Assembly (NCBI RefSeq): GCF_004010195.1
Contig: NC_057757.1
Span: forward strand, 6,237,914 to 6,273,809
DNA: 35,896 nucleotides
Direction: 5' to 3'
DNA from: Chiloscyllium plagiosum
Taxonomy: Eukaryota
The translations under genes and the position numbers were made by a program. The notes below the pieces were generated by a model that made no database searches, was not told the origin of the DNA, and was given only the letters and a program-made list of their open reading frames with translations. Shown here piece by piece: positions 22,094-33,402 of the stretch (positions within the stretch are counted from its first letter, which is position 1; every line of letters begins with the position of its first letter).

Positions 22094-22839
22094 CACAGAA
22101 TGCCTACAGTGTGGAAACAGGCCCTTCAGCCCAACAAGTCCACACCAGTCCTCTGAAGAGTAACCCACCCAGATCCATGCCCACTACCCTATATTTACCC
22201 CCTGACTAATGCACCCAACCTGCACATCTTTGGAAGCCTCATTTTCCACCTTGGGACTCTGCAACCACACAGGATCAATGTGGATTTCACCAGTTTCCTC
22301 ATTTCTCCACCCCCCTCAGCCCCGCCCCCCAACCCCGGGTGCTGCCTGATTGGCTGTGCTTTTCCAGCACCACACTCTCAACTCTGATCTCCAGCATCTG
22401 CAGTCCTCACTTTCTCCTAGGTGCTGTCATATCCCAAGGCCAAGTTCCAGAACTCCATGTTTGAACCTCTCGGTCAGATTTCCACCCCTGCTACTGAACT
22501 GAAACAGCTCTGTATCATGTCACCACTGCCATCCTATGATGAAGCCAACCTTTCTCCACCTGTCTGCAGCCTGAGGCCTGGTCTCCTACACAATCCTTTC
22601 ACAAAACCTCTCTGCTGTCACCTAGCTGAGTGTAGCTGGTCTAGCCTGCTGTGCTTTTCCCGCACCACACTCTCGACATTTTTGGACTGTGGGAGGAAAC
22701 CGGAGCACCCAGAGGAAACCCACGCAGACGCAGGGGGGAATGTGCAAGCTCCACACGGACAGTCGGCTGAGGCGGGAATCGAACCCAGGTCCCTGGTGCT
22801 GTGAGGCAGCTGTGCTAATCTCTGAGCCATCATGCAGCC
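22094..22839 (-). mobile_element. HE1-type V-SINE split in two by a nested insertion
   Basis: Tail half at 22094-22234 and head half at 22676-22839, with duplicated acat(c/t)tttgga at the breakpoints. Confidence 0.85.
22235..22677 (+). mobile_element. PLE 3' fragment: ORF end, terminal repeat, unrelated spacer, second terminal repeat
   Basis: 22235 onward reads SLIFHLGTLQPHRINVDFTSF (PLE ORF C-terminus). gctgtgcttttcc(a/c)gcaccacactctc occurs at 22353-22379 and 22648-22674. Confidence 0.75.
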
Positions 22840-23099
22840 TATCGTTGTATTTCTTTGACTTGTCGGCTCAGCTCCTGTGTTGCCGTGGGTTTGAGGCAAG
22901 GTCTTAATGTTGGGGTGAGGGGCACCCAGGCCTGGCTTCTGCTGGGATATTGATTGCGCTGGGATTAGCCTCTATGCCCCTCTTGCCTGTCAGTTTAGTA
23001 GAAATTCAGAGTAGACCAGTTACATTCCAGGCGATAGATTAAACATTTGTGACATTTACCATTTTAGTGCATTTGGGTGAAATTTCAGAGGTCACCGTG

Positions 23100-23705
23100 G
23101 GGGTGATGGTACTGGATGGACTGAGGCTAATGTTCCAGAAATAAGGGTTCAAATCCCACCGTGACAGCTGGTGGAAGTCAAATTCAGTTATTAAATCTGG
23201 AAAGTAATTAAACAGTAAAGCTTGAAAAGTAGCATCAGTTCATTGGTTCACCAATGGCCTTAGGGTTATAGAATCCCTAGAGTACGGAAGAAGGCCATTC
23301 AGCCCATCGAGTCCAACCAACCCTCTGAAGAGCATCCCACCCAGATCCACCCACCCCCCCTCCACCCAGGCTATCCCTGCAACCCTGCATTTCTTCATGG
23401 CCAATCCACCTGACCTGCACATCTGTGGGAGGAAACCAGAGCACTCGGAGGAAGCCCACGCAGACACAGGGAGAATGTGCAAACTCCACACTTAGTCACC
23501 CTGAGGCTGGAATCAAGCCCAGGTCCCTGGCGCTGAGGCAGCAGTGCTAACCACTGAGCTACCTTCAGGGAGGGAAATCTTCCAGACCCAGAGCAATGTG
23601 GTTGGCTCTTTACTACCCTCCGAAATGCCCAGCAAGCCATTCGGTTCAAGGGCGGTTAATGATGGGCAGTATATACGACTTTCAGTGCTGCCGACATCCC
23701 ATAAA
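23100..23705 (+). mobile_element. Old second-family SINE interrupted by HE1
   Basis: gggttcaaatcccacc...ttaaatctggaa...tggttcaccaatg lies before the HE1 copy; ttcagggagggaaatct...ccagacccagagcaatgtggttggctctt...gatgggcag...acatcccat lies after it. Confidence 0.65.
23266..23563 (-). mobile_element. HE1-type V-SINE
   Basis: Same family as 3363-3691. Confidence 0.9.
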
Positions 23706-24372
23706 AGCAGAAAGGAAGTAAAAAGTGCTTTTGGAGTGGTTGCTAAACAGTATGGTGCATATTTCCAGTATCTGATGGCTACAGGAAGGTAAACAAGCTG
23801 CAAATATTATTTAAGGGCCTTGGGTTGATGAAAATGGCTGTTCAGATGTTTTAAGCCAGCTTGTTAAATGGGTGTCCTGATGGCCCACCTTAACCAGTTT
23901 TGTCCTGTCGTTGCCGGTCAGTCTTCCATGACGTGACCCTATGTGTTAACAGTGTACAGTGGCACGTTCCAAACCTTTTTCCGCAATGTTCCTCCATTTC
24001 AAGGCTTGAAAATGATCTCGACCCTGATGTGAGACTGGAGACAGCAGAGGTGTGGGAGAGACGTGTGACAACTGGTGAGGGAATGTCCAGGAAATGGGGC
24101 AGTGGTGAACTATGGGAGCATCTGTTAGTGGCTTGGCTGCTTTAACTTGGTCAGAGCTCCACATCAGCATTCTGAAGGGCCCCATCCCCCACTTTGGAAA
24201 GGCCTACTTTGCATACCTAGGAGAAGCAAATTATTTCTTTAAGCTGTAGCGTATATGTCTCCCTGACCTATCCTGGTGTTAACTGTGTTTGGCCTGGGGT
24301 GCGGTGGAGAAGAGGTTGTGGGAAGGTGTTTGCGACTGACCTTTGCTGACCTCTCCCCTCTCTTGACCCCAG

Positions 24373-24561
24373 GAGGTGGCTCAGCGTATCGTCATCGAGG
24401 CGCTGGACATCATCACAATCACCGTGCCGCCCGCCCTCCCCGCTGCCATGACGGCTGGCATCGTCTACGCTCAGCATCGCCTCAAGAGGAAGGGCATCTA
24501 CTCTATCAGCCCGCAGCGCATCAACGTGTGTGGGCAGCTCAATCTGGTCTGCTTCGACAAG
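24373..24561 (+). CDS. ATP13A3: ATP13A3-like coding exon 11 (TM4 PPALP ... LVCFDK)
   Basis: ccccag acceptor and gtcagt donor; 189 nt. Carries the P5B signature PPALP and the first half of the DKTGT phosphorylation motif. Confidence 0.97.
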
Positions 24562-24926
24562 GTCAGTGCCCTTGGAGAGGGGGGCAGCGGCGCTGAGCAG
24601 GTGGGAGGGAGGTTGGGCTGCTCCTTAATGTGTCCGTCCACTCCCTGCACATTCCTAAAAGCGCCACCTGTCTCCTCCCATCACGTCCCATTTTCTCTGA
24701 GGGTCTGACCCGCTGACTCAGCCCTGACTGTCCCCCTTCAAGCTTTCCTTCTGCTCATTGGTCAGGTACAGCATTGTGGCCAAACTGCGTTGATTGAAGG
24801 TGAGCGCTATCTCAGTGTTGTTGAAAACCAACGACCCAACATTGCCCCATTCCTCTTGAGGATACTGCGTGTCATCCCTCAAACGTAATATCCCGATGTA
24901 TTAGGTTTCTGAAATGAATTCCCAAC

Positions 24927-25099
24927 GAGGTTTGAGAAAATTTGTAGCTCGGGTTGAGGTTCTGGATGTAGGTTCGCTTGCTGAGCTGGAAGGTTCATGA
25001 TCAGAAGCTCTGTCCGGAGGCTCACTGAAGATGTTACCTAGTATGGTGACGAAACGTCTGAAAATGAACCTTCCAGCTCAGCGAGCAATCCTACATCCA
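24927..25099 (+). mobile_element. Small PLE-type hairpin insertion (different family) with a target-site duplication
   Basis: Inverted arms at 24963-25005 and 25057-25099; TSD aattcccaac at 24917-24926 and 25102-25111. Confidence 0.82.
25022..25061 (+). ncRNA. Minimal type I hammerhead ribozyme motif (PLE-type)
   Basis: TCA-CTGAAGA-T-GTTACC-tagtat-GGTGAC-GAAA-CG-TC-TGA: helix I UCA/UGA, CUGANGA box, 6-bp helix II, GAAA, palindromic ACGU in place of helix III, and a GUC cleavage triplet. Confidence 0.8.
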
Positions 25100-25249
25100 T
25101 AAATTCCCAACCTAGTGAGATTCAGCACCTTTGAACGATGAAGTAAAAGTTAAACATTGCGATAGATAGAGGGCGAGCGCTTCATCTTAGTGCTCAGGTG
25201 GTCAAGTCTCCACTTTCACTTTAGCAATTGGGACAAATTCCCAACAGGG

Positions 25250-25640
25250 AACTGGGCCATTCAGTCCATCTAAGTACTGCTGTTGACGTCCCGCATAAGC
25301 TCCTCCCACTTCTATCTCACTCCATTAACTGCTCTTTTTGTTCCTTTCTCCCTTGTGCATTTATGCAGCTTCTTCCCTGAATGTGTCTACATTCATGACT
25401 TTGGCCACCACTGTGTGATTGAGTTTCTCATTCTCACCACTCTCTGTAGAGATGTTTCTCCTGAATTCCAATGGGACTGTCTATCTGATACCGTTGGCTC
25501 TGATCACTGGTCTCTCTGATAATGCAAGCATCTTTTCTACATTCAGCCTATCGATCTTCTCCAAAATTTCAGAAGTTGCTATCAGTTGGTCATGTCTATG
25601 ACAGAAGAGAGCCCCACCCTGTTCAGTCTTTCCCAGCTGG
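25250..25640 (-). mobile_element. Old CR1 3' fragment
   Basis: ggccattcagtccatc...ttctcaccactctctgtagagatgtttctcctgaattc...gaagagagcccca. Confidence 0.5.
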
Positions 25641-25741
25641 TTCATTGTGTCCATGTATACCTACTGACAATGACAGTCCTTTCCCTCTCCCACCACCCCC
25701 CCCAGCTTCTCTAACTATCTTCATTTATTTAACCTCTGCAG

Positions 25742-25803
25742 ACAGGGACACTGACCGAGGACGGTCTGGACATGTGGGGTTTTCTCCGTGCTCAGGATGG
25801 AAG
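25742..25803 (+). CDS. ATP13A3: ATP13A3-like coding exon 12 (TGTLTEDGLDMWGFLRAQDG)
   Basis: ctgcag acceptor and gtgagg donor; 62 nt, phase 0-2. Completes DKTGTLT. Confidence 0.96.
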
Positions 25804-26014
25804 GTGAGGCCAGTAATGTCTAGCCCAAACACCTTAGTGTGTGGGGGTGTGCATGTGTGTCAGGGGAGCCAAGAGTTGGAATTATAATAATCTACTTGCT
25901 TCCTGTTTCTAACTGGGTTCCAAGTAACTCAGGCACGGTGATCACAGCAGCAGATGGTTACGTAACCAGGGTGGGTTACTCAGTTCGCTTGGACTCTCAA
26001 TCTTGGGTATGAGG

Positions 26015-27030
26015 CATAAAGCACGGAAACAGACCCTTTGGTCCAACCAGTCCATGCCAACAGTAATCCAAACTAAACGACTCCCGCATTCCATGTGCTT
26101 GAACTTATCGGAATGTCTTTTAAACGTTGTAACTATATCTGCATCCACCACTTCTCCTGGGAGTTCATTCCACACGCAAACCACTTTGTTTAAAAACAAC
26201 AAAAAAAAGCTGCCTTCCATGTCTTGTTTAAATCTTTCTCCTCTCGCCTTAAAAATATGCTCCTTTAGTCGTGAAATCCCCTACCCGAGGGAAAAGGCAC
26301 CTTATCTCTACTCATGATTTTATAAACCATCCCATAACCTCCAACACTCCGGCCTATCCAGTCTCTCCTCATAACTCAAATCCTCCATTCCCGGCAGCGT
26401 CCTGGTCAATCTCTTCTGAACCCTCTCCAGTTTGATGATATCCTTCCTACACCAGGGTGAGCAGAACTGGACACAGTTACTCCAGAAGGGGCCTCACCAA
26501 CAACCTGTACAACTTCAACATGACGTCCCAACTCCTGTACTCCAAGGTCTGAGCATTAAAGCGTGCGAAATGCCTTCTTAATCATATATGAGGCAAACTT
26601 CAAAGAATTATGAACCTAAACCCCTAGACCCCTCTGTTCTGCAATATTACCCAAAGGTACTCCAAGGTCTGAGCAATGAAGGCAAGCGTGCAAAATGCCT
26701 TCTTAACCATATATGAGGCAAACTTCAAAGAATTATGAACCTAAACCCCTAGACCCCTCTGTTCTGCAATATTACCCAAAGCCCTACATTTAATTGTATA
26801 AATCTTGCACTTGTTTGTTTTACCAAAATGCAAAACCTGGCATTTATCAAATTAAACTCCATCTGCCACTCCTCAGCCCATTGACCCAATTGATCAAGAT
26901 CTCTTTGTAATCTTAGATACCTTCTACACCGTCCACTATATCACCAGTCTGCAAACGTACTTCCCCCTGCCTCCTGTATTCTCATCCATCTCGTTTATAT
27001 AAATGACAACCAGACATGGACCCAGCACCG
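26015..27030 (-). mobile_element. CR1/HER1-like LINE 3' kilobase with an internal tandem duplication
   Basis: ORF 25942..26220(-) reads VVCVWNELPGEVVDA...FKRH.D. A duplicated block spans 26537-26656 and 26657-26781. Confidence 0.88.
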
Positions 27031-27470
27031 ATGTATACATACTTATCTGTATGGTAGCATAGTGGTTATGGAACTAGGCTATCAACCCAGCGGAGGTCAG
27101 CTCCGATTACACCAGGGAAATTGAGAAACCTATTTCTGTGAATTTGTGAACGATTGCACTGGAAAGCGTTGAGTTATCAAATCTTGGAGCACAAGAGCAG
27201 AGTGTTCAGCTCATCACTTCAGTGGTGATTCTTTGAGAAAAGTTAAGATCCAGCTAAGAAAGGTGGAGGGGAGATGGTATTGGGGGAGAGTGGTCAAGGG
27301 CAGAATCTATTTGGCGAGTGCCAAGGAATTAAAAAGGAGGTAATTCTGCACCTGTCTTCCTGTAAAAAGTTATACATTACAGTCTTTGTTATTGAAATAT
27401 TGGTTCAAAACCACAAATCATAAGGGCCTGGCTGTTGCTGGGCCTGCCTTCCTCACAGGGGTCTGGCCTA

Positions 27471-28477
27471 GTCACCGCCCTGGGCTGCCTGCTCCCACTC
27501 AAGGTCACTGCGCCGGGCTGCCTGCTCCCACTCAAGGTCACTGCGTCGGGCTGCCTGCTCCCACTCAAGGTCACCGCCCTGGGCTGCCTGCTCCCACTCA
27601 AGGTCACTGCGCCAGGCTGCCTGCTCCCACTCACGGTCACCGCCCTGGGCTGCCTGCTCCCACTCAAGGTCACCGCCCTGGGCTGCCTGCTCCCACTCAA
27701 GGTCACTGCCCTGGGCTGCCTGCTCCCACTTAAGGTCACTGCACTGGGCTGCCTGCTCCTACTCAAGGTCACTGCCCTGGGCTGCCTGCTCCCACTCAAG
27801 GTCACTGCGTCGGGCTGCCTGCTCCCATTCAAGGTCACTGTGTCGGGCTGCCTGCTCCCACTCAAGGTCACTGCACTGGGCTGCCTGCTCCCACTCACGG
27901 TCACCGCCCTGGGCTGCCTGCTCCCATTCAAGGTCACTGTGTTGGGCTGCCTGCTCCCACTCAAGGTCACCGCCCTGGGCTGCCTGCTCCCACTCAAGGT
28001 CACCGCCCTGGGCTGCCTGCTCCCACTCAAGGTCACCGCCCTGGGCTGCCTGCTCCCACTCAAGGTCACCGCCCTGGGCTGCCTGCTCCCACTCAAGGTC
28101 ACCGCCCTGGGCTGCCTGCTCCCACTCAAGGTCACCGCCCTGGGCTGCCTGCTCCCACTCAAGGTCACCGCCCTGGGCTGCCTGCTCCCACTCAAGGTCA
28201 CTGCCCTGGGCTGCCTGCTCCCACTCAAGGTCACTGCGCGGGCTGCCTGCTCCCATTCAAGGTCACTGCGCTGGGCTGCCTGCTCCCACTCAAGGTCACC
28301 GCCCTGGGCTGCCTGCTCCCATTCAAGGTCACTGTGTCGGGCTGCCTGCTCCCATTCAAGGTCACTGCACTGGGCTGCCTGCTCCCACTCAAGGTCACCG
28401 CCCTGGGCTGCCTGCTCCCATTCAAGGTCACTGTGTTGGGCTGCCTGCCCCCACTCAAGGTCACCGCCCTGGGCTGC
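27471..28477. repeat. 33-bp GC-rich minisatellite, ~30.5 copies
   Basis: Unit gtcac(c/t)gccctgggctgcctgctcccactcaag; it accounts for the 11-aa-periodic ORFs on both strands. Confidence 0.98.
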
Positions 28478-28783
28478 TGGCCACTTCTGCCATCACCACC
28501 TCCACAACTGAGCTCCTTCCTGAAGGTAACACCCAACGTGCAGAGTCTCCCAGTGAGGGCAGGGTTATATCTGTGTCCTGAAAATTTACGCTTCCAGCTT
28601 TAAAGTTTTCTATCTCCTCATTTTGAAAGTTGCATTGCACAGGCCAGGTACCCAACTCGTCTCCGTTCTGAGCTGGGCTTGCGTCACTAGCCGTTTTCCC
28701 TCCCAGAGCTAGTCTCCTCCTCTGTGCAGACTGTCTGACTTGGCCCATGGTGAGTAACCGTCCTGTTCTATGCCCCTCTGCAG

Positions 28784-28934
28784 GTTTCTCTCCCTGGAAC
28801 GCGACGTCTCCGGCCAGAGTCTCTCTCGGTCACACTTCATTGCTGCCATGGCAACCTGCCACTCACTGACTAACATCGAGGGGAAGATTTCAGGGGACCC
28901 ACTGGACTGCAAGATGTTTGAGGCGACGGGCTGG
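28784..28934 (+). CDS. ATP13A3: ATP13A3-like coding exon 13 (...MATCHSL...GDPLDCKMFEATGW; N domain)
   Basis: ctgcag acceptor and gtaagt donor; 151 nt, phase 2-0. Carries the MATCHSL and GDPLD motifs. Confidence 0.96.
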
Positions 28935-29229
28935 GTAAGTGACTCGTTCCTCCACCAGCAACCTGAGATTGTCCAAGACTGCCATCCGTATCTGAGCTGT
29001 CCAACTGCCCTCTGTGCCTGTGCTCCCAAGGCCCGCACTGGCTCCTGGTTCAGCCAAGCCTTTGCTGTGCTTTGTTTCCAAATCCCTTCATAATTTCTCC
29101 GACTCTACTGCTTGTGTCCTGAGCTCGGAAATTGCCTTCCGAAAACCCTCTGCGTCTCTCTGCTGCTGTCACCGCTTCCAGGGCAGAGCTCCCTCCAGAA
29201 AGTAACACTCGACGGAAAGTGCAGTTGAG

Positions 29230-32200
29230 TGGCCTGCGGGGCCCTTCTCGGTCATGACTGACCATGGGTTGCATCAGCGTTGTTCCGGCTTTCTGCTTCC
29301 TTGAAGCAACATCGCTTGTGACTGAAGAGACCAATGCTGGAGTGACAATCCCGGCCGCAGAGATCACATCAGTATGTGGTCGCTGATCTGCTCGAGCAGC
29401 TTATCTGCTTCCTTCTCCCTGTGTTGAGGTGTTGGTTCAGGGTGCTTCTCCACTTCATGCAGTCAGCTGCAAGTCTTTCCCAGCGCTCCGTAACAATATC
29501 AAGCGCCTTCATGTCCCTCATGTAGACGTCCTTGTGGCTCAGGTGGGGGCACCCTGTGGGTCTCTTCCTGGATTTGAGCTCTCCATAGAGGATATCCTTT
29601 GGCATGCGTCCATCTTCCATGCGGTGGACATGGGCCAGCCAGCGTAGTCTCCGCTGCTCAAGCAGTGTACATGCTGGGAAGGCCAGTGCGCGATAGGACC
29701 ACTGTTTTGGACACTGTTTTGCCAGGATATGGTGGATACTCCTCAAGTGGAAGGTGTTCAGTCTTCTCTCCCGTCTGGCATATATAGTCCATGTTTCACT
29801 GCCATACAACAGTGTGCTTATGAAGCAGCCATTGTAGATTGGCATCTTTGTCTTCACTGTCAGCTTGGAATTTGTCCATACTCTAGTCATGAGGCAAGCA
29901 AGAGTTGAGGTTGCTTTCCCAATCCTCTTGTCAATCTAGGTGTCAAGGAGAGTTTGGCAGTGATGGTAGAACCAAAGTACATTAACTGATGGATGACAAT
30001 GAGTCAGTAGTTGTCAATGGTGATGACCGGCGGTGCCTGTGTATCCTGTCCCAGGACGCTCGTTGTCTTCAGACAGATAGTCAGCCCGAAATCCTTGCAA
30101 GCGTGGAAGAGGCGATCTATCAGTAACTGGAGTTCCTGCTAGGTGTGTGTTGCAACTGCAGCATCGTCGGCAAACAGCCGATGTCCCTGGTGAGTGCTGC
30201 ACGTACTTCTGTCTTGGCTCTGAGGCGGGCCAGGTTGAAGAGCCTGCTGTATGATCGAGTGCGTAGGTAAGTCCCCTCCGTTGCTGCGCCAAAGGCACGT
30301 TTCAGGAGCACAGCAAAAAAAAAAACCCCAAAGAGTGTGGGAGTGAGGGCGCAGCCTTGTTTGCCACTGCTGCGAATGCCACTGTCAAAGGACTCAGAAG
30401 GAGCCACCGTTGAACTGCACTGTCCCATTCTGCGGAACGTTTCTGCGGAAGGATTCTATCATGTTCAGCAGTCTCAGTGAGCAGCCAATCTTCAAGGGAA
30501 CCTTCGACAGGCCGTTTCTGCTGACCAGGCCCAACGCCTTGGTGAGGTCAATGAAAGTGACATACACGGGCACTTTCTGTTCTCTGCACTTCTCCTGGCA
30601 TTGGCGAAGGGTGTGGATCATGCCTATGGTTGACCTTTTAACTCTGAAGCCACACTGTGACTCTGGGTATACCCATTCTGCCAGTTTCTGCAGGCGAGTC
30701 AAGATGACCTGAGCAAAGGCTTTGCCGACAATGTTGAGGAGAGAGAGAGAGACGCCTCTGTAGTTGTTGCAGTCGTTTCTCTTATCCTTGTTCTTGTGAA
30801 GGGCAATGAACTTGGCATCCCTCATGGCCTGCGGTACAGCTCCTCCTTGCCAGCACTGACAGAGGACTTCATACAATTGGAGCAGGAAGCGAGCTTTGCA
30901 GGACTTGATCAGATCGGGAGGAATCCCATCACTACCCAGGCCCTTACCTGTGGCCAGGCTGTCAGTGGTCTTGCTGATCTCTTCCCCTGATGGCTTTGTG
31001 TCTAGCTTGTGCTGGCATCAAGCGCTGAAGCAGACACCGTGTACTCTCTGGGGTCAAGATCAGTGTAGTGTTCAACCCAGCTCTCCATCCGCAGGCCTTT
31101 GTATGTGTTTACTTCCCCAGTAGAGGATGTGAGGGGGACTGCCTCGCTCTGAGCTGGTCCTAATGCCGCCTTGATGCCTTCGCACATTCCCCTAATGTTC
31201 CCGTTATAGCGGCCGTCTGAATTTCCTCGCTTAGCTGTGTCTAGTACTCATTAGTGAAACGCCTGCTGAACCTTGTTCCTGGCAGCGCTGACAATCTGCA
31301 GGTTCCTCCTGTTAGCTGACCGCTTGTCCTCAGCTAGGGCGACACGCTTGGCTTCAACAATAGAGGCCATCTCGGTTGCCTTAACCTCTAACGAGTCGTT
31401 TGTCTTACAGGTTGTCTTTCTAAAGATAGCCAGGGATGTGCGGTGCATGGTATCCCGCAAGGTTTCCCACTTATCTGTCGCAGAGTCTCCGTGTCGCGAG
31501 GTGCTGAGTTCTCTCTCGAAAGCCACTGTTGTATAAGGTCTGGCTGGGACATCTTGCTGACATTGATTGTGAGGTTTCCCCTGTTGCTTATTGCAATGGA
31601 ATCTTTTAGGCTGCAGTCTGATCTTGCAACCCACTAAGGTGTGTTACGGTCTGCACTGTGGTAAGTGCGTGAATGAAGAACACGTTTGATGGCAGCACGC
31701 CTAATTAGGATCAGATGGTGATGCCAGTGCTGTGAGCGTGGCTGTCTCCAGGAAACCTTGTGCTGAGGCTTTGTCTGGAAGGAGGAGTTAGTGATGCACA
31801 AGTCGTGGTAAGTGCACAGCTCGAGGAGTCGCTGTCCATTCTCACTCATTTTGCCAACACCAAAAGCCGCAAGGCAGGAGGGCCACGGTTCGTGTTCTGC
31901 ACCCCAGAAGAGCAAATTGCTCCTTCCTAAGGACGCAGCTAACGAGGGCTGCAAGATTGTCGTTGAACTCGTCCTTTTTGTGGAGGACCTTGTCGGGGCA
32001 TACTTGCTGACAAGGGTGACTAGGCCTGCGATGGTGTTGAGGTGAAGAGTTGTGAGTCGCTCTGGGCCCTTGCTGCCTGGTTCTACTGCTTTCATCAGGC
32101 TGTTTGTCACTGCTCAGCTGACCCCGTGCTCTCTGGGCTTGTCAGAGCTCTTCTGCAGCCAGTAAATCGTGTAGTCCTTCTCTGTCAGTGAGCCTGCCTG

Positions 32201-32660
32201 TCAGCCTTGTTCCCTGGAGGGCGACTATCTCCACGTTGACTCTCTTGAGCTCGTTATTTATGGCAGCTGGTTTCCTAGAGTCGCTGATGTCCTGGAGGTT
32301 TTCCGAAAGGCCGGTCGTCATTGTCCGGATGTTCCAACTTGCCGGTTTTAGAGCTGACCTCTTTTGTTGTTGGTGCAGTGGTTACAGTTTGCTGTTCGGT
32401 TAATTCCCAATCCCCGTACACCGAATGAGGATAGCAGATTGTGGTGGGACAGCACCTTACTGGCTGTGGGGGCTGCCCAGCTTGAGGTGGGCGATAGCTG
32501 TCCAGTGGGATCGAAAAATCCCTCCCCCCGTCAGGAGCAGCCCCTGGCGTTGTGTGTTGTGTTGATGCTGCAGGCGAAGCTGGAGGGTCATCTCCAGGTG
32601 CGGTGGTGTTAGGATACAAGCCTCGGCGATGTGGTATGGAGAGCAAGCTGTTGCCCATGA
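29230..32660 (-). mobile_element. Near full-length RTE-clade LINE, decayed (APE endonuclease, RT, C-terminal Zn finger)
   Basis: ASWNIRTM; GVGKMSENGQRLLELC...ITNSSF; DCNNYRGVSL...PESQCGFR; KQGCALTPTLF; TLLYGSETWT; QRRLRWLAHVHRMEDGRMPKDILYGEL; CDLCGRDCHSSIGLFSH. Multiple stops and frameshifts. Confidence 0.93.
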
Positions 32661-32681
32661 AACACCCCCCCCCCCCCCCCC

Positions 32682-33402
32682 AATCTATCCTATCTCTATC
32701 ACCCCTCAATTTAAAGCTATGTCCCCTCGTACTAGCCATCACTGTCCGAGGAAAAAGGCTGTCACTGTCCACTCTATCTAACCATCTGATTATCTTACAT
32801 GTCTCAATTAATTCACCTCTCAACCTTCTCTCTGACAAAAACAGCCTCAAGTCCCTCAAACATTTCTCGTAAGACCTTCCCTCCATACCTGGCAACCTCC
32901 TATTAAATCTCCTCTGAACCTTTCCAAAGCTTCCACATCCTTCCTATAATGGTGTAACCAGAACTGTACGCAATAGTCCAAGTGCGGCTGCACCAGAAGT
33001 TTGTACAGCTGCAGCATGACCTCGTGGCTCCAAAACTCGATCCCTCTGGATGGCAACTTTCAGGGATCTGTGTACATGGACCCAGAGATCTCTGCTCATC
33101 TACACCACCAAGAATCTTACCATTAGCCCAGTACTCTTTATTCCTGTTGTTCCTCGCAAAGTGAATTACCTCAAACTTTTCCACATTAAACTCCATTGCC
33201 TCTTCTCAGCCCAGCTCTGCAGCTGATCTGTGTCCCTCTGTAACCTGCAACATCCTTCAGCACTACCCTCAGCTCCACTGACCTTAGCGTCATCCGCAAA
33301 TTTACTGACCCATCTTTCTACGCCCTCATCCAGGTCATTTATAAAAATGATTATCAGCAGTGGGCGCAAAAAAGATCCTTGCGGTACACCGCTAGTAATA
33401 GC
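32682..33402 (-). mobile_element. CR1 LINE reverse-transcriptase fragment
   Basis: TSGVPQGSFLRPLL...FINDLDEG...SKFADDAK; LYKLLVQPHLDYCVQFW; RLRGELIETCKI...TRGHSFKL. Confidence 0.93.

Noticed and set aside
27386..28603. Long repetitive ORFs of 281 and 358 aa on both strands
   Set aside because: These are by-products of a 33-bp unit (a multiple of 3) with few stops. They are open in many frames, lie inside an intron, and lack splice or codon support.
32560..32660. Possible HDV-like ribozyme at the RTE 5' end (known in some RTE elements)
   Set aside because: I could not assign the nested double-pseudoknot pairings by eye in this degenerate copy; it needs a descriptor search on the family consensus.
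32275..32895. 206-aa ORF suggesting a CR1-RTE fusion protein
   Set aside because: Chance read-through from decayed CR1 across a C17 run (32665-32681) into the RTE 5' UTR; both elements are disrupted.
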